Part shown: positions 23,041 to 36,179 of the stretch, piece after piece
Layout: every line of letters starts with the position of its first letter
Position numbering within the stretch: the stretch's first letter is position 1
DNA from: Vicugna vicugna
Lineage: Eukaryota
Direction of reading: 5' to 3'
Assembly: GCA_013265495.1 (NCBI GenBank)
Contig: MU058540.1
Location: 3,123,696 to 3,186,296, forward strand
Length of the DNA stretch: 62,601 nucleotides
Made by a program: the position numbers and the translations under genes
The notes under the pieces: model-generated
Databases searched by the model: none
What the model was told of the DNA's origin: nothing
Seen by the model: the letters and a program-made list of their open reading frames with translations, nothing else

Positions 23041-23549
23041 TTAGGGACAAAACACAGGAATGGGGGAGGGAGGAATGAAATACAATCTTTTTCAAACGAG
23101 TCAAAGTCACATGGCTTGGTAGCATCAAAATGTATTCTGGATAACACAGTTGGCTCAAAAATGTTTATTGGTGAAACCTCAGCTAAGCCCTAGGAGATAC
23201 TAAGAAAATGTCTTTTGGATCATTAAATTGCAAGTGTATGTGTGAATCTGGAAATGGGTAGGTCTGGAAAAAATACTTCTTACCTAGACAAGTCAGGCAG
23301 TGATATTCTTAGGAAATCTTTTCACATAGTGGCAGGAGGGACTTGGTGACATAGTATTTTATGAATTTGTTGGAAGAAACCAAAAGAGAAAATAAATAGA
23401 TAGATAACTCTTGGAGGCTCCCTCTGTCCTGCACACACCCACCCCACCCCAACAACACCCGCCAGCTTGAGTCAATGATGCCAACTGAAATACCAGGCTC
23501 AGACCGACATTAACTGCCCAAGGACACATGCCCTAGGCTGGAACCCGAG

Positions 23550-23687
23550 NNNNNNNNNNNNNNNNNNNNNNNNNNNNNNNNNNNNNNNNNNNNNNNNNNN
23601 NNNNNNNNNNNNNNNNNNNNNNNNNNNNNNNNNNNNNNNNNNNNNNNNNNNNNNNNNNNNNNNNNNNNNNNNNNNNNNNNNNNNNNN
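23550..23687. other. Assembly gap (138 N)
   Basis: N run. Confidence 1.
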
Positions 23688-24054
23688 TCGCACAGTAATA
23701 AATAAATGAGAGCAAGAGAGGGGAAGAAAAAAGGCCGGAGCCACCGAGGCGAGGCAAAAATGCTGAGGTCTTTTTTTTCTTGTTGTATGTCAGCGCGTTC
23801 AGTCCGGTTTCCCCACCCCTGAAATCTGTGAGGATCATAGTGTAGGCCTGGCATGGGAGCTCTGGGTCTTAAAGAGACAGAATTGCAGAGTCGGAAGCAC
23901 CTTAAGATCCTTTTGTGCCAGGCATCCCTAACCAACAGATCTCAAAGTTACTTGGTATCCCCACCTGCCTTGCCACTTATGGTTTGTCAGGAATCTCAGC
24001 AGGAAAGGAGTTTCTTCCTCCTTCTGCCAAGTTTTAGCATCAGGGAGACAATGA

Positions 24055-24255
24055 TTAAAGTGTAGGTTTTGGAGTTAGTCAAACCTAGGATCAAATCCTG
24101 GCTGTCTAGCTGTGTGATTTTTAGATATGTTAACTAACCACTCTGAGCCTCTGATCCTCCTCCAAAAATAGAAAAAAAAACCTATCTATTGTTGCAAGGA
24201 TGGAAGAACTGATAGAAGCAAAGGCCTAGAATAATTGCTCAGTATATGTTCACTT
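24055..24255 (+). mobile_element. MIR SINE
   Basis: ttttggagttagtcaaacctaggatcaaatcctggctgtctagctgtgtga...ccactctgagcctc. Confidence 0.7.
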
Positions 24256-24629
24256 GCTCACTATTATCACCTGTCAACATCACCTCAGGTTTCTTTCCAG
24301 GCTTTGGAGAAAAGGCCTCTCTCCCACCAAAAAACACCTGTGGGGAGTGATCTGTTCCAGAAATGGGAGGTGGGGTACAAGCATGAGCCTGACATGCTCT
24401 TTGTCCCTGACTTCTTGTGTTCAGGCTTCAGGGGCTACAAGCTGACGCACCTCAATCCTAGTACATACAGTACAGTAAATGGGATGTGAAGAAACCTGGG
24501 CGTCAGAAACCACCTGACCAAGCCCAGAGGTAAACTGCATTTGCAGAAATTACTAGCAATGAGTAACTACCATGTTTCAGACAGGAAGGTAGGTTCTCCA
24601 GGGGGCAGACAGGGTGTTTTGGCTAAGAA

Positions 24630-24865
24630 GTAGGGTTCAACTGTCAGACCACTGGACTCTAACCCCAGCCTTGACATCTGCCCCTGACATCTGTTAGTCA
24701 TGTGCCCATGACAGGTTATTTAACCACCATAAGCCTTGCTTTCCTTATCTGTAAAATGGGCATAATAATACCCCATAAGCTTGTTGTGAGGATCTAATGT
24801 ATGAAAAGCATGCAGTGAGTGCCTGATATGGAGAAAGTGCTTAATCACGTTAGCACTTGTGGTCA
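24630..24865 (+). mobile_element. MIR SINE
   Basis: ttccttatctgtaaaatgggcataataataccc...ttgttgtgaggatctaatg...gtgcctgatat. Confidence 0.8.
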
Positions 24866-25178
24866 TTGCTGTTAGAGAAAAGAGACCAGGGACTGTGTCA
24901 TATTCATCTTGTAACCCCAGATCCTCACACAAAGCTTGGCATTTGGTAGAGTACAGTAATGTCTGATGAATGAATTAATAACAAGGCCCTTACCCACAAG
25001 AAGTTAAATCTTCCCTGGAAATAGAAGATAAACTGCCTATGCCACTCACAGTAGGATATAGCAGAGGGTTAAAAGCCATTCTGCCAGTCCCCAAGCCCCA
25101 GAGGCAGACAGTCCCTTTGATCCCTCAGTTCCATCTATCCAGGATGCTTTCAAGAGCGGAAAACAGGAAATATCCCTG

Positions 25179-25310
25179 NNNNNNNNNNNNNNNNNNNNNN
25201 NNNNNNNNNNNNNNNNNNNNNNNNNNNNNNNNNNNNNNNNNNNNNNNNNNNNNNNNNNNNNNNNNNNNNNNNNNNNNNNNNNNNNNNNNNNNNNNNNNNN
25301 NNNNNNNNNN
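25179..25310. other. Assembly gap (132 N)
   Basis: N run. Confidence 1.
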
Positions 25311-25929
25311 AGGGGCAGCTAATATCATTGTGCTCCATGCGGAGAGATAGAGGTGATCCAGAAATGGCAAGGCGGACAAGTTGGGGTTCCTTAGTGGACC
25401 AGGTTGCAGTTACTATACTCAGGTGTTTCTAGAGGATGTGGCCCTTTGCATATTCACTCAATCACTGTGATTAAGTGCCTGGCCTTGGGCTGGACCCTGA
25501 AATAATGGCTCAGTATCAAGTGTCCAGGGTGTGAACAGACACAGGACAGTGTGCTTAGAGAAGATGGGCTGAACACAGAAAAGTGAGAATATTCTAAAGG
25601 ACAGAAACAGCGGCAGACATGAGAAAGCGGTTATAGGAATGAAAAATGGAAGAGAACAAAAGAAAAAAACCTGGAGAAGAGTAAGTGTGCAAGAAAAAGA
25701 AAAGAGAGCTTCTAAGAATTTGTAGCTGAGGTAGTCAAGTCCTTGTAATAGAAGAAGTGGACAGAGTACACAGGGGAGAAACCCATAATCTCCGGGGACA
25801 CAGAGATGACAGGACTGGACAGAATCAGGAGGCAATAGTTTAAGACAGCAGATCTGATTTAGCCAGCCCCGAAACGAGAGCCTTCACCAGCCTGTGTGCT
25901 AAACTCACGTTTAGGTGATGTTTGCCCAG

Positions 25930-26090
25930 GATTGGGCATGATAGAACTTTCTAGGAAAGCAGAAGTAATCTATGTCATGATAGAGGTGTAGCTTACATGG
26001 GCAGATTTATTTCTTAATATTACACAGCAAAGATTTCTGCATTTCTATGTTTGTAAGTTTCACCTGAAAATAAGAACTCTACAAAATAAC
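25930..26090 (+). mobile_element. L1MB/MC 3' end fragment
   Basis: gaactttctagg...tctatgtcatgatagaggtgtagcttacatggg...gatttctgcatttc...gtaagtttcacctgaaaa. Confidence 0.55.
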
Positions 26091-27009
26091 CATCAAGTAG
26101 GTAGAGGGTAGACGGTAGAGGTAGAGAGGCAACGAGAAAGCCGGAATGTTCCTGATTGTCGAAGCTGGGATACCTGGGGGTTCATAACACTGTTTTGTTG
26201 ATGTTGAATTTGTTTGAAAACTTTCATGATAAAGTCTTTTAAAAAATTGCCACTGCTGTCCTCAGGCAAGTCCCTTTCAGGTTCTCAGAAAGGCCGCTGA
26301 GACATTATCTAAATCCCGTCTTCCTGTTATAGATGAGGAAACTGAGCTGAACCTTGACTCGTTCAAGGTGTTCTCACATATCAGGTGGCAGAGCTGACGC
26401 TGGAATCTCAGGCGGGAGCAGCGGCCTTTGACCTTTTCAACTCTCACCCACTTATGGGGAGTCAGCTGGAATTTGCTCCTTGCCCTGGGTTGCCTTTCCA
26501 ACCCCAGGGTCCAGGTCTTGAAGTGCAGGGAGGCTGAGTGGCCTGGGGGGGTGGTTCCGGGCTGCAAACCACTTTGCTCTCCACTGTTTTCATTCTGAAA
26601 GGTAATCCTGAGCTCTCAGAGATTCAATTAGGTCACCTCCCGCCACTTCCAAAGGCGGAAAAGGAAACCCACACAATTAAAGATTTCAAGTAACCCGAGT
26701 GATAACTGCAGTAGGGAGAGTCCCAACTCCGTGGGGAACAGAGGCGTAGCCCCAGGGCAGCCTATCGCCTCTCTTACCTTGGTTCCCCCTTACCTGTAAG
26801 AAGGAAGTGAAGATTTCGGGTTCTATTATCTTACAGGGTTGTCAGGAGGATCAAGAGGAAAGCACTTTGAAAAGTTAGAAAGAGTTGTACAAGCGGAGGG
26901 AACATTATCCCAGAGAGAGGGAGGGAAGTGCGGGACAGGAGGAAGGAAAGCAGGGAGCCTTCTGCAGGATTCTTAAATACAGTCATTTGGTTGTGCCTTG
27001 GAAGACTTC

Positions 27010-27230
27010 AGGGGGTGGGGGCTATGACACTTATTGATGTCTTGCACTGTGCCCAACAGTGTGTTTTGCTGTTGCTAAAACATGTCATTTCCCTCTTCAA
27101 AACACCCCATCGGGACTCTGGTATTATTATTCTGCTCATTTTACACATGAAGAAAGAGACACAGAGACCCTTAAACAACTTGCCCAGGTGATACAGCTGC
27201 CCAGGGCAGAGCTGGGACTCAAAGCAGGAA
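27010..27230 (-). mobile_element. MIR SINE
   Basis: ttattctgctcattttacacatgaagaaagagacacagag...aacaacttgcccaggtgatacagctg...ggactcaaa. Confidence 0.75.
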
Positions 27231-29049
27231 TCTTGTTGTGGGAGCGAGGGCCACACCTCCCTCTGAAGAGTGGGGGGCTGAGGAGACTTCTGTCACCAGG
27301 GTGTCCGAGTCACTGTCAGTTGACGTGGACTTGAGTCTCAGCTCAACCGCTTATTAGCCAGGTGACCTGGGCTGAGTCCTGTCGCCTCCTGAAGCCTCGG
27401 TCCCTTAGGCTGCACCAGGGTGATAATGAGACCAGCTCCACCTCCCTCACGGGGAGCATGTGAGGGTTCCATGAAATCACTGATACGGCAGGTGCTCTGA
27501 AACAGCTGCAAAGGGCAAGAGAAACGAAGAGATCGTTTCTTCAGAGAAGCAGTCCTGGGTTATCGCACGGTGACATCCAGCACCCACCCTGCCCCCCGTC
27601 CCCATTCCCTCAGCGTGTCCTCCACCCCCACATGGTGGAAAGTCCCAACCGAGCCTGTGCGTCGTCGTCTGCTTTGATATTGTTTTGATGGGAAGCGGGG
27701 AGAGCGATTCCCGGACTGTGCCAGCTGAAGGATTCCCCAAACAAACATATTAGAGCACTGGCTTAAGGTTCTAACTGAGGCCTGAATTTCAGCAGGGCCC
27801 CTTTCTACTGTTTGTCATAAAACAAACAGGCTTTCGGCTACTTGGGCAGGATTTAACTAGCGATCAGCCCTAGAGATAAGTGGATCACGCTCAGCAAGCT
27901 CACATGGGAGTAATTTGTACCCAAGAGCAGTTCATAATTTATATTTTTGAATCCACAGTCAGGGAGCTATCTTTGCAGTGGGTAGGGACGCAATCTCCCC
28001 ACACTGTACACCCCTTCTGTCCGGGACTGGGAAACGGGAGACTGGCCAGTGGACCTGAAATCACAGCCAAATGTGTGAAAATTTCTTCCTATAAGACTGT
28101 AAAAATGTGAAGGCAGGACCTCTATTTCAGCGTGTCTGTCCTGTGTATCCCCCAATGCCCCTACCCCACATACCTGTAGCATTTAGCACAAAAGTGCAGA
28201 GAATGTTTGTGAAATGAATGGAATTAGGGCAAAGAGATTGCAGTGGTTTTACAAGTTTCCTAGAAGTCAAGGCAAAGGCTGGTGTGGCTCTTCCACGGGC
28301 CCAGCATGTTTGTGCCTCTTTACTGTGGCCTCCCTGTCTTATGACCTCACTGCCCACTCTTCAGGCTGCACTAACTCTAAGCTGAGAGGAACCGTATTTC
28401 CAAACCACAAATTAAGCAACAAGGCTTAACAGAATATTTGAAACCAAGAATCTATATTCCAGAAGCATTTATGTGCCCTTCTGTTTGCACTGGGATTTAT
28501 AATACCCTCCTGCATTTTGGCAGATTTTTCTCAACCCAATTTGTCAGTTTACAGCTTTTTTTTTTTTTCCTGCAGTGATTACACTGACTCCTAAACATAT
28601 CTAGGAAAACCCCTTGAACTCATCAATAGACCTTCAGATTAATCCACCCCATGGCTTGTTGGTCCTATCCTGAAGCTTGACCGTTTCTCCATTTCCCTAT
28701 CTAATATCCTTCCTGGAGTCCATGAGACTAATGTCCACTACCCAGAGCACAGCTGAGGTGAGTGACAGATTCTGGCCCAAGGGAAGAGCCCTAAGTGCTG
28801 GGTGGGACAGAGGAGCCTTGGTTTCTAGTCAATGGTATGTCCCTTCTCTCTGGGTCTCCTCTGTAAACCGGAGGGGAATGGTGGAAGGCACAGACTCAAA
28901 GTCTTATGACCTCTTGCAACTCAAGCACTCAGTGAGTGAGAGGATGTGAGCATTTGCCCCCAAACCTTGCTTTCTCTCCTGCAGTTTGGGGATAAGCTGT
29001 CCTTTGCTCCTATCTAAGGCAAACACCTGCACTGGCCACTGATCCCATC

Positions 29050-30690
29050 TCCTCCTCCCTTCAGCAGTGCTCCCTCCTCTCTCCTGCATCATCTGTTTTT
29101 CCCTCTTTGCTGAATCATTTGCCATCATCATATAAATATATATAAATATGCTTTAATTTCTCCCAACAAAAAAAAAAGTCTCTCTTGACTCTACTTCCCT
29201 TCTGTCTTCTCTCTCAAACTCATTTTGGTCATTCCACAACTCCGCTCAAACTGTTCTTTGTTAAGGTTACCGGTTCTCTCACTGTGGTTAGACCTAATGG
29301 TCATCACTTAGTCTTCATCTTACTTGACTGCTCAGCGACAATCAGCTGATGATTCTTCCTTGAAACACTTTTTTCTCTTGGCTTCCATGTTACTACGCTT
29401 TCTTGATTATTCTTCCGGGTCTCCTTTGCTAGCCCCTCCTCATCTCCTTCACCTCAAAATGTTGGAGGTTCCTAGGCCTCAGTCCTTGGATCTGTTCCCA
29501 ATCTTCATTAATCCATTGGTAATCTCTTTCAGTCTCAGGGTGTTAAGTGTCACTTGTCTTAACCCAGGTTCTCCTAAAAGCAGAACCTAATAAAAAGTTT
29601 GCATGCAGGTAGTTTATATGGGAATTTAATTCTAGACAGCAGAAATGAGGGACAGGGCAAGAGAAACAGAAAAAGGGAAACCAATTCAAGGATGCATTAC
29701 TGAGCTGACCACTGCTATGAGAGATTGATGCTTGACTCCCCAGAACCATATGAGGAGATTCAGAACTTCCTGTCAAGGGATGAAGAGGGATCTGCATTTA
29801 TCCACCAGCTTCCATCCACCACTGGTTAAGGGGGGGGGGTCCCATGTGCATCAAACCCTCAATAATTCTGGGTTGTACATATGGCAGAGAGGAGTGAGTT
29901 GTCCTACAGCCACCCCTGGGCAGGAAGCAAGAGACGCACTGAGCAGGAGGGAGTGACGCACTGTCAGTCCATACTCGTTGCAAATCTGGCCAACATCAGC
30001 TGCATTACATCAGGTGGAGGAATGGGTGGGGCCAGGAGCCTTTAAAGCCATGCCTAAAAGATATCTGATACATCATCTCTGCCTTGATGACTCTCTCACA
30101 TTTATGTCTCCAGCCTTAAACTCCAGACTCCATATTTCCACTTTCTTATCTCCTCAAAACCTGCTCCTATCATGGTCTTCTCCCTCTTAGCTAATGGTAA
30201 CCCCATCCTTCAGGTGTTCCTTCCAAGGCAAAGACCTTGGAGACATCCTTGAGTCGGCTCCACACATAATCCATCAGTAAATTACTCTGGCTTTACTTTC
30301 AAAATATATCCAAAACCTGACCACTTCTAAGCACAACTTCTGGCCCTAGCCACCCCACACGCCCTCACCTGGATCGCTGCACTTACCTCCTAGTTGGTCT
30401 CCCGCTCACTAGCTTGTCCTGTTACAGTCTATTCTCCACCAGCAGCTAGAGAGCTTTATAAAATCTAAGTCAGATAATGTCATTCCTTGGCATTTCCTTT
30501 CCTCCTTCCCTGCTTTGAATTTCTGTTGCGCCCACCACCGTCTGACATAATAGATACTTCACGTATCTACTTTGTCTCTTGTCTCCTCCTACCAGAAGGA
30601 AAGCAAGGATTTCTGTCTGTTTTACCCCCAGTACCTAGAGGAGTGCCTGGTGCATGGGGCGGGGGGAGTACAATAAATGTTTATGGACTG
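29050..30690 (+). mobile_element. L2a LINE relic (ORF2 remnant to 3' end) split by an LTR
   Basis: ttccttgaaacactttt...ttggcttcc...; ggagacatccttgagtc...atccatcagtaaa...ctttcaaaatatatcc; 3' end cccagtacctagaggagtgcctggtgcat...caataaatgtttatggactgaa. Confidence 0.8.
29555..30072 (-). mobile_element. ERVL-type solo LTR (LTR16/LTR33-like)
   Basis: TG...CA ends (tgtcttaacccaggttctcctaaaagcagaacct ... atctgataca), gcaggtagtttatatggga, gcatttatccaccagcttccatcc; L2 sequence continues on both sides. Confidence 0.7.
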
Positions 30691-31149
30691 AAGTGTGTCT
30701 AGATGGAGCCCCTGCACTTTACAGATGAGGAAACTGCAGGCCAGAGTGATGACTGTACTAATCACACTGCCAGGCTGTCTTGATGCCTCTGCTGGTGTTC
30801 TGCAGACTGCTCTCCAGTTTCAGCAACATTAATTGCTAGTTATTATTATGAATGTTGGCTGTCTATCAAGTCTGAATAATAGTTTGTAGTCAGGCTCAAA
30901 TGCATCTCCATGAAATCACTGGAGAACAATTCTAAGGCAGTGGAAGCTTAAGTAATCCAGGATCACATGGTGTAAAGGGAACAAGCAGCAACTGAGGGAA
31001 TTCAAGGTAAGAGAGAGTCTCTGGGGTATACGGAGCAGCAGAAGTGAGGAGACAAAACTACTAACCCCTGATATACGCCATTTTCTGCTCCTCATCTCAG
31101 TAGAGTAAATGTCAAGACTGGGATGATTTGGGGTTTAACCTTGGGGGAT

Positions 31150-31345
31150 GAGTTCTACTTAGCTGTGTTTAAGCTGTGTGACTTGGTCAAGTTACTTAAC
31201 CTCTCTGAACCTTGGCTTTCTCTTCTACCAAACTAGGAAGATGGTACCTACCACAATGAGTTATGAGGATTACGTGAAATAATATGAAAAAATGCTTAGC
31301 AGAGTGATACAGTCAAGCAATAAGTAGGACTAGGATTATTACCAT
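31150..31345 (+). mobile_element. MIR SINE
   Basis: agctgtgtgacttggtcaagttacttaacctctctgaacc...gaggattacgtgaaataat. Confidence 0.8.
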
Positions 31346-31486
31346 GATTCTTTGACTAGATCATAGGAATATGCAGCAGTAAGTCTCTGGGCCCATCAGG
31401 AGAAAGTTGTGACTGGCACAGAGGGTTGTCCTGAGGAATGGTAAAATGCAGGGGCCAGATAATGGGGACAATAAATGCCAAGCTGA

Positions 31487-31533
31487 GACTAACACAAGAT
31501 CGTAAATCAACTATACTTCAATAAAAAAATAAA
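31487..31533 (+). mobile_element. 47-bp L1 extreme 3' end with perfect 17-bp TSD
   Basis: gactaacacaagatcgtaaatcaactatacttcaataaaaaaataaa flanked by aataaatgccaagctga at 31470-31486 and 31534-31550. Confidence 0.9.
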
Positions 31534-32191
31534 AATAAATGCCAAGCTGAAGTCTTGGCACTGTGAAGTTAGTAAAGGATCTTGACCAGGGAACACACAG
31601 AACACTGAGTGCCTGTGAGGGAAGAGAATCTGACGGCCAGAAGACCAATGGGAAGGAACAGCCTGCCATCACCCAGCCCCTCCTTTGTTCCCTGCATGTC
31701 TCCCCATCACCACGCAGTCCTTGTACTGTTGCAGGGACCTGTTTCGGGTCTGTTTCCTGGAAAGCCCTTGAGGACAGGGACAAGGACGTAGTCATTTCTA
31801 CCTTCAGGCCTGGCACATAGTAGGGCTCCAGCAGTGTCTGTTCTAGTCTTAATAACCTAGAGTGATGCTGCGGCAATAATTTGGGTGTGTGATGATGACA
31901 TCCCAGGTAGGGACGGTGGCAGTGAGAATGAGCACGCTCAAATTATGGGAAACCTGGAAGGAGAAGCAGCAACTGTTGCAGTTGTTTTCAGGTAAAAACC
32001 AAGAAGACCTGCCACCTAGGCTAAGAGAGAATATACAGGCCTGAGTCCCAAGTCTGCTCCCAGCTCTGGGTTCTTGGGTAATTTTTAATCATTTTGTGGG
32101 CAAATGTGGTAGGCACGTCGGAGGGTGGGGGCAGATAGTACACGAGGTAACAGCTGTGAATGCCTGCTGAGCATTAAAAAGCTCTGAACCC

Positions 32192-32505
32192 AGACTCACA
32201 GATACAGAGAACAAACTGGTGGTTGCCGGCGGGGCCTGGGGGAGGGTAGGAGGAAGAGTGAAATAAGTGAGAGATTAAGAGATATAAACCTCCAGTTATA
32301 AAATAAATAAGTCTCGGGGAATGTAATGTACAGCATAGGGAATATAGTCAATAATAGTGTAACAACTTTGGTGACAGATGGTAACAGCCTTATCATGGTG
32401 ATCATTTTGTAAGATATGAAGATACTGAATCACTATGGTGTACACCTAAAATGAATATAATATTGTAATTCAATTATACTTGAATTAAAAAATAATAACA
32501 TAAAA
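32192..32505 (+). mobile_element. L1 3' end (L1MA9/L1MA10-like), 5'-truncated
   Basis: cagagaacaaactggtggttgcc...acctccagttataaaataaataagtc...tacagcatagggaatatagtcaataat...gaatcactatggtgtacacctaaaatgaatataatattgta; degenerate TSD ending tgaaccc. Confidence 0.85.
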
Positions 32506-32529
32506 TAAAAGTTGTTGAACCCAAGCTCC

Positions 32530-32720
32530 ACCACCAAGTAGCTGTTTGAACCTGGATGGCACTTGATCTCTGAGATTGTTTTATCCAGAAACTGAGATAA
32601 AAAAGAATAATAATGCCTGTTCTACCTTCCAGGGTTGTTGAAAGGATCAAACAGATTGTGGATATTCAAATGATTTGGAAACTGTCAGGTGCTTTTAAAA
32701 TGTAAACCAGTGTTAGTAAT
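32530..32720 (+). mobile_element. MIR relic
   Basis: ataataatgcctgttctaccttccagggttgttgaaaggatcaaa. Confidence 0.55.
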
Positions 32721-33214
32721 ATACTTGTGGTTAATTCCCTGACCCTATTCTATTCAGATCTTCATTAAAAATTATAAGGGGACTAGCTTTTAAGGCTCAA
32801 GCTAAGAACCTTTACAAAAACTTACATAAGTTTTGTTTTCCTCTCTCTATAAAAAGAGGAAACAAAAATTTCGGGTGACTAGGTTTTCCAGCTTTAAATG
32901 AAAGTGAAGGGTGAGTGGTTGGTCTGCAGCTTCTGGGCCATGGGGATCGTGTCATGAAACCACAAAGTCTGAGCCAGTTGACATTCAGTCCTTCCACCCC
33001 CAGGTGAAGCTCCCACCTCCTTAGAGATCACTCCCTGATGCTTTAGGAAGCCACCCAAGTGCCCCCTTCTCAACCAGGGCCTGGAACAGAGGATTACCCA
33101 TCTGAATATTAAATTACAAATAACCACAAAATGGGGATTAGAGCACAGATAAGAAAGACATTCTTTTAAAGGATTCAGTGGCTCAGAAGACTAGGTTGTA
33201 CTAGACAGGAGGCA

Positions 33215-33312
33215 TTTTGGCACGCACTAAAACCTCTCAGGCCCCACCCCAGGCCCACTAAATCCACATCTGCATTTAACAAGATCCCCAGGTGATTTCT
33301 GTGCAGGTTATG
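33215..33312 (+). mobile_element. MER5-type MITE fragment
   Basis: ctcaggccccaccccaggcccactaaatcc...ctgcatttaacaagatccccaggtgatt. Confidence 0.7.
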
Positions 33313-34227
33313 ATAGTAAAGGAAGCCTTAAAGGAAGAGCCAGATACAGGGAAAGGTGGACTTACAAAGGCGCAAGCTGACGATGCATATCTGAGCACTA
33401 TCAGGATATAGGGAAGGGGGTCTTGATCAACATACTTGGAATATTGGGGTCTTGTGGGCAAGGTCATCCCTACTGTGGAGTTGGGTGAGTCTGGCTATCC
33501 AGCCTAATGCTCTTAAGCTTTCAAGTCATCAAATCATTTCTTGCAAAAAAAACAATCTGTGCTCCCCAAACAGTACTTCAGTCACTACCCGGCTTCTGCT
33601 TGTAAGACATAATGTGCTAGACATACTGATGCAGAGATTCAGATCCACCTGATAGACATTCTTCTCTTTGTGTGCTAAAGGTGGCATTCTTATTTTATAC
33701 ACTGATCAAACAAAGTCAGGTGATACCCACTTCTGGACTATGATAAATCAACCAGGGTGCTAATTAGCCGTCAGGGGTCCTGAGAGGCCCCGCCCACCAG
33801 CAGGCCTTTTGCAGCTAACCATCCCTCATCCCCATCCCTCCTCCACCTTTGAATTTCTAGCTACATTACATAGTAATTTGCCTCAGTGTTTCATCTCTAG
33901 CATTGTTTCTCGATTTCAGGCTACCAACTGTTAAGTTCTCTAAGGGCAGCCAAAGTCTGCAACTGAAAACTTACTTGCTGCCCTGAACTTAAACCCAGAA
34001 AGGAAAGAAAATGCCTACAATTAGAAGAAACCACGGTTTCTTGTCTGGGGAGTAGTTCACTGAGGTTTTGATGCCAAAGAAATAGGAAGCATGTTAAATG
34101 TGGGTCAATAGGGGAATGGTTAAGTGAATTATGGTGTATGTGTATATATATATATTCAATACAATGCTATGCAGCTGTAGTCCACATAGATTATGTGTAG
34201 GAATCTGGAAAATACTAGTGCTATAAA

Positions 34228-34560
34228 TTCTCAGACAGCCCCAGCAGGAAACATGACACATTCAAAACTGGGAAAAATTTGAAGGGAGCTGAATAAAGGG
34301 GTTTTTACAGAGGTGTGGGCAGCATTGGAAAAGCAGAAGGGAGCTATTTCTACTTACAGTCTAGGCCTGAAGGGGTAAGTGGGGCCCTCCTGGAACATGG
34401 AGAGGGTCCCTAGAGGTCCCTTTGATGGAGGGACTCAGCTAGTCTGCAGGGATCTGGAAGTGAGGGAGGCAGGGAAGAAATATCTCTCAAACTCAACCAA
34501 AGCCAAAGAAGGGCAAAGGAGTGCACAACAGCCTCCTGGGGCACAAAGCAGGGTGAAGGC
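34228..34560 (-). mobile_element. Old ERVL-type LTR relic (family uncertain)
   Basis: cccagcaggaaacatgacacattcaaaactggg...tttgaagggagctgaataaagggg tttttacagaggtgtgggcag resembles antisense LTR 3' ends. Confidence 0.45.
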
Positions 34561-35577
34561 AGTTGGTGAAAACATCTGCAGGGGCAAACAGATGTTCAGC
34601 ACCACGAATTTACTGGTGGGAAAAGCCACGATGCAAAATTGTAGGTGTACTACAGATATGTATATACATACACATTAGAAGTAAAATCAAAGGGAAATCC
34701 ACCCAAAGGCAATATTACTGTTGTGGGGTGAGCTGGGGATTTTGGTGAGACCGAGAGTAGCTGACTTTCAATTACTGATATTGTGGCTGCGTTGCTTTTC
34801 TAATAGAACACAATCACTGAAGCAAGCTGAGAAAGTGAACGGGGGAGGAGGTGGGCAGCCTAAGGCTCCCCTCACTCCAAGACAGCCTCTTGAGACGACT
34901 TCCGGTATCCCTCTAGTCGCCTCACTTTACAAAAGGGAGAAATGACTTGTTCAGAGTCATAAAGCAGGTTAGTGGCCAACCGGGAGGAAATCTGGATCCC
35001 CACCTCCCCACATAGCCTTGCAAACTTCCCTCACCTCTCCATCCATCTCCAAGCACCCAGCCCCGCTTACCCTCCCTCATCCTTTTCCTCTATCAGCTGA
35101 AAATCCTCGAGCCACCCCAATTTGAAGCAGCTAAGCAGCCTCACACCCTTAATCTCACTGTCTGAATGATAAATCCTGCAAGACAGCTCATTCCATTCAA
35201 GCCCTTCACACTCTCCTTTGAGGAGCTGGGTGGTCTCTTCCGCCGAAGCGGAGGCTGCCTGCCCTTCCTTCCACTTAGCATTCCCCCAGGAGTCGAGGAC
35301 TTCCCGGGAGCCAGGCATTCGCCTCCAAAACAATATCCAGATACGAACCAGCCCTCCCAGCCCCCTTTCAGGGCTAGACCATAAAATAAAGCCGCGTGGG
35401 CCTTGCACCCCTGGACAGGATCCTTTGTCTGGGTTGGAAACAGCCTGAAAAGATGAAAGGGGCTGCCACTCTGACCTCTTCACCCCTTGTTATCTTGTGC
35501 CAACTCCCTTTAGACTCTCTGAAGCCGACAGCAGCATTTTCCCATGGTCACTGGGGTTAACAACGTCTCAGCCGCCA

Positions 35578-35741
35578 NNNNNNNNNNNNNNNNNNNNNNN
35601 NNNNNNNNNNNNNNNNNNNNNNNNNNNNNNNNNNNNNNNNNNNNNNNNNNNNNNNNNNNNNNNNNNNNNNNNNNNNNNNNNNNNNNNNNNNNNNNNNNNN
35701 NNNNNNNNNNNNNNNNNNNNNNNNNNNNNNNNNNNNNNNNN
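35578..35741. other. Assembly gap (164 N)
   Basis: N run. Confidence 1.
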
Positions 35742-36001
35742 AGAGCTACTTTTTAAGACTGCTGCTTGAAGAGAGGTGGAGGCGGTTTGCCAAGTTTAGC
35801 TTTTCCAAGTCAGTAGGGGGCTAAGTTTAGACTCAGATTCAAGCTTTTCTATATCTGAGTTTCATTCAGGTACAGGCAACAAGTGGACTCAAAGAAAAGA
35901 TTTGCAAGAGAATGCATTACAGCGATACAAGTAGGGTCCACAGTAAGCCAAAAATAAAAACCACCTAATACCAGAAAATTTGGAAAACTGATGAACTAGA
36001 A

Positions 36002-36125
36002 TTTTTTTTGGTGGGAGAGGTAATTAGGTTTGTTTGTTTATTTATTTGGTGAAAGTACTGGAGATTAAACCCAGGACCCCACGCATGCTAACCATGTGCT
36101 CTACCACTGAGCTACACCCTCCCCC
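36002..36125 (-). mobile_element. Vic-1-type tRNA-derived SINE, full length
   Basis: Reverse complement of ggggagggtgtagctcagtggtagagcacatggttagcatgcgtggggtcctgggtttaatctccagtac...; A box and B box present. Confidence 0.9.
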
Positions 36126-36179
36126 TCGGACCACAATTTATGTATAAAAATACTTTTTTCATATGTTAACGTCTTTATA

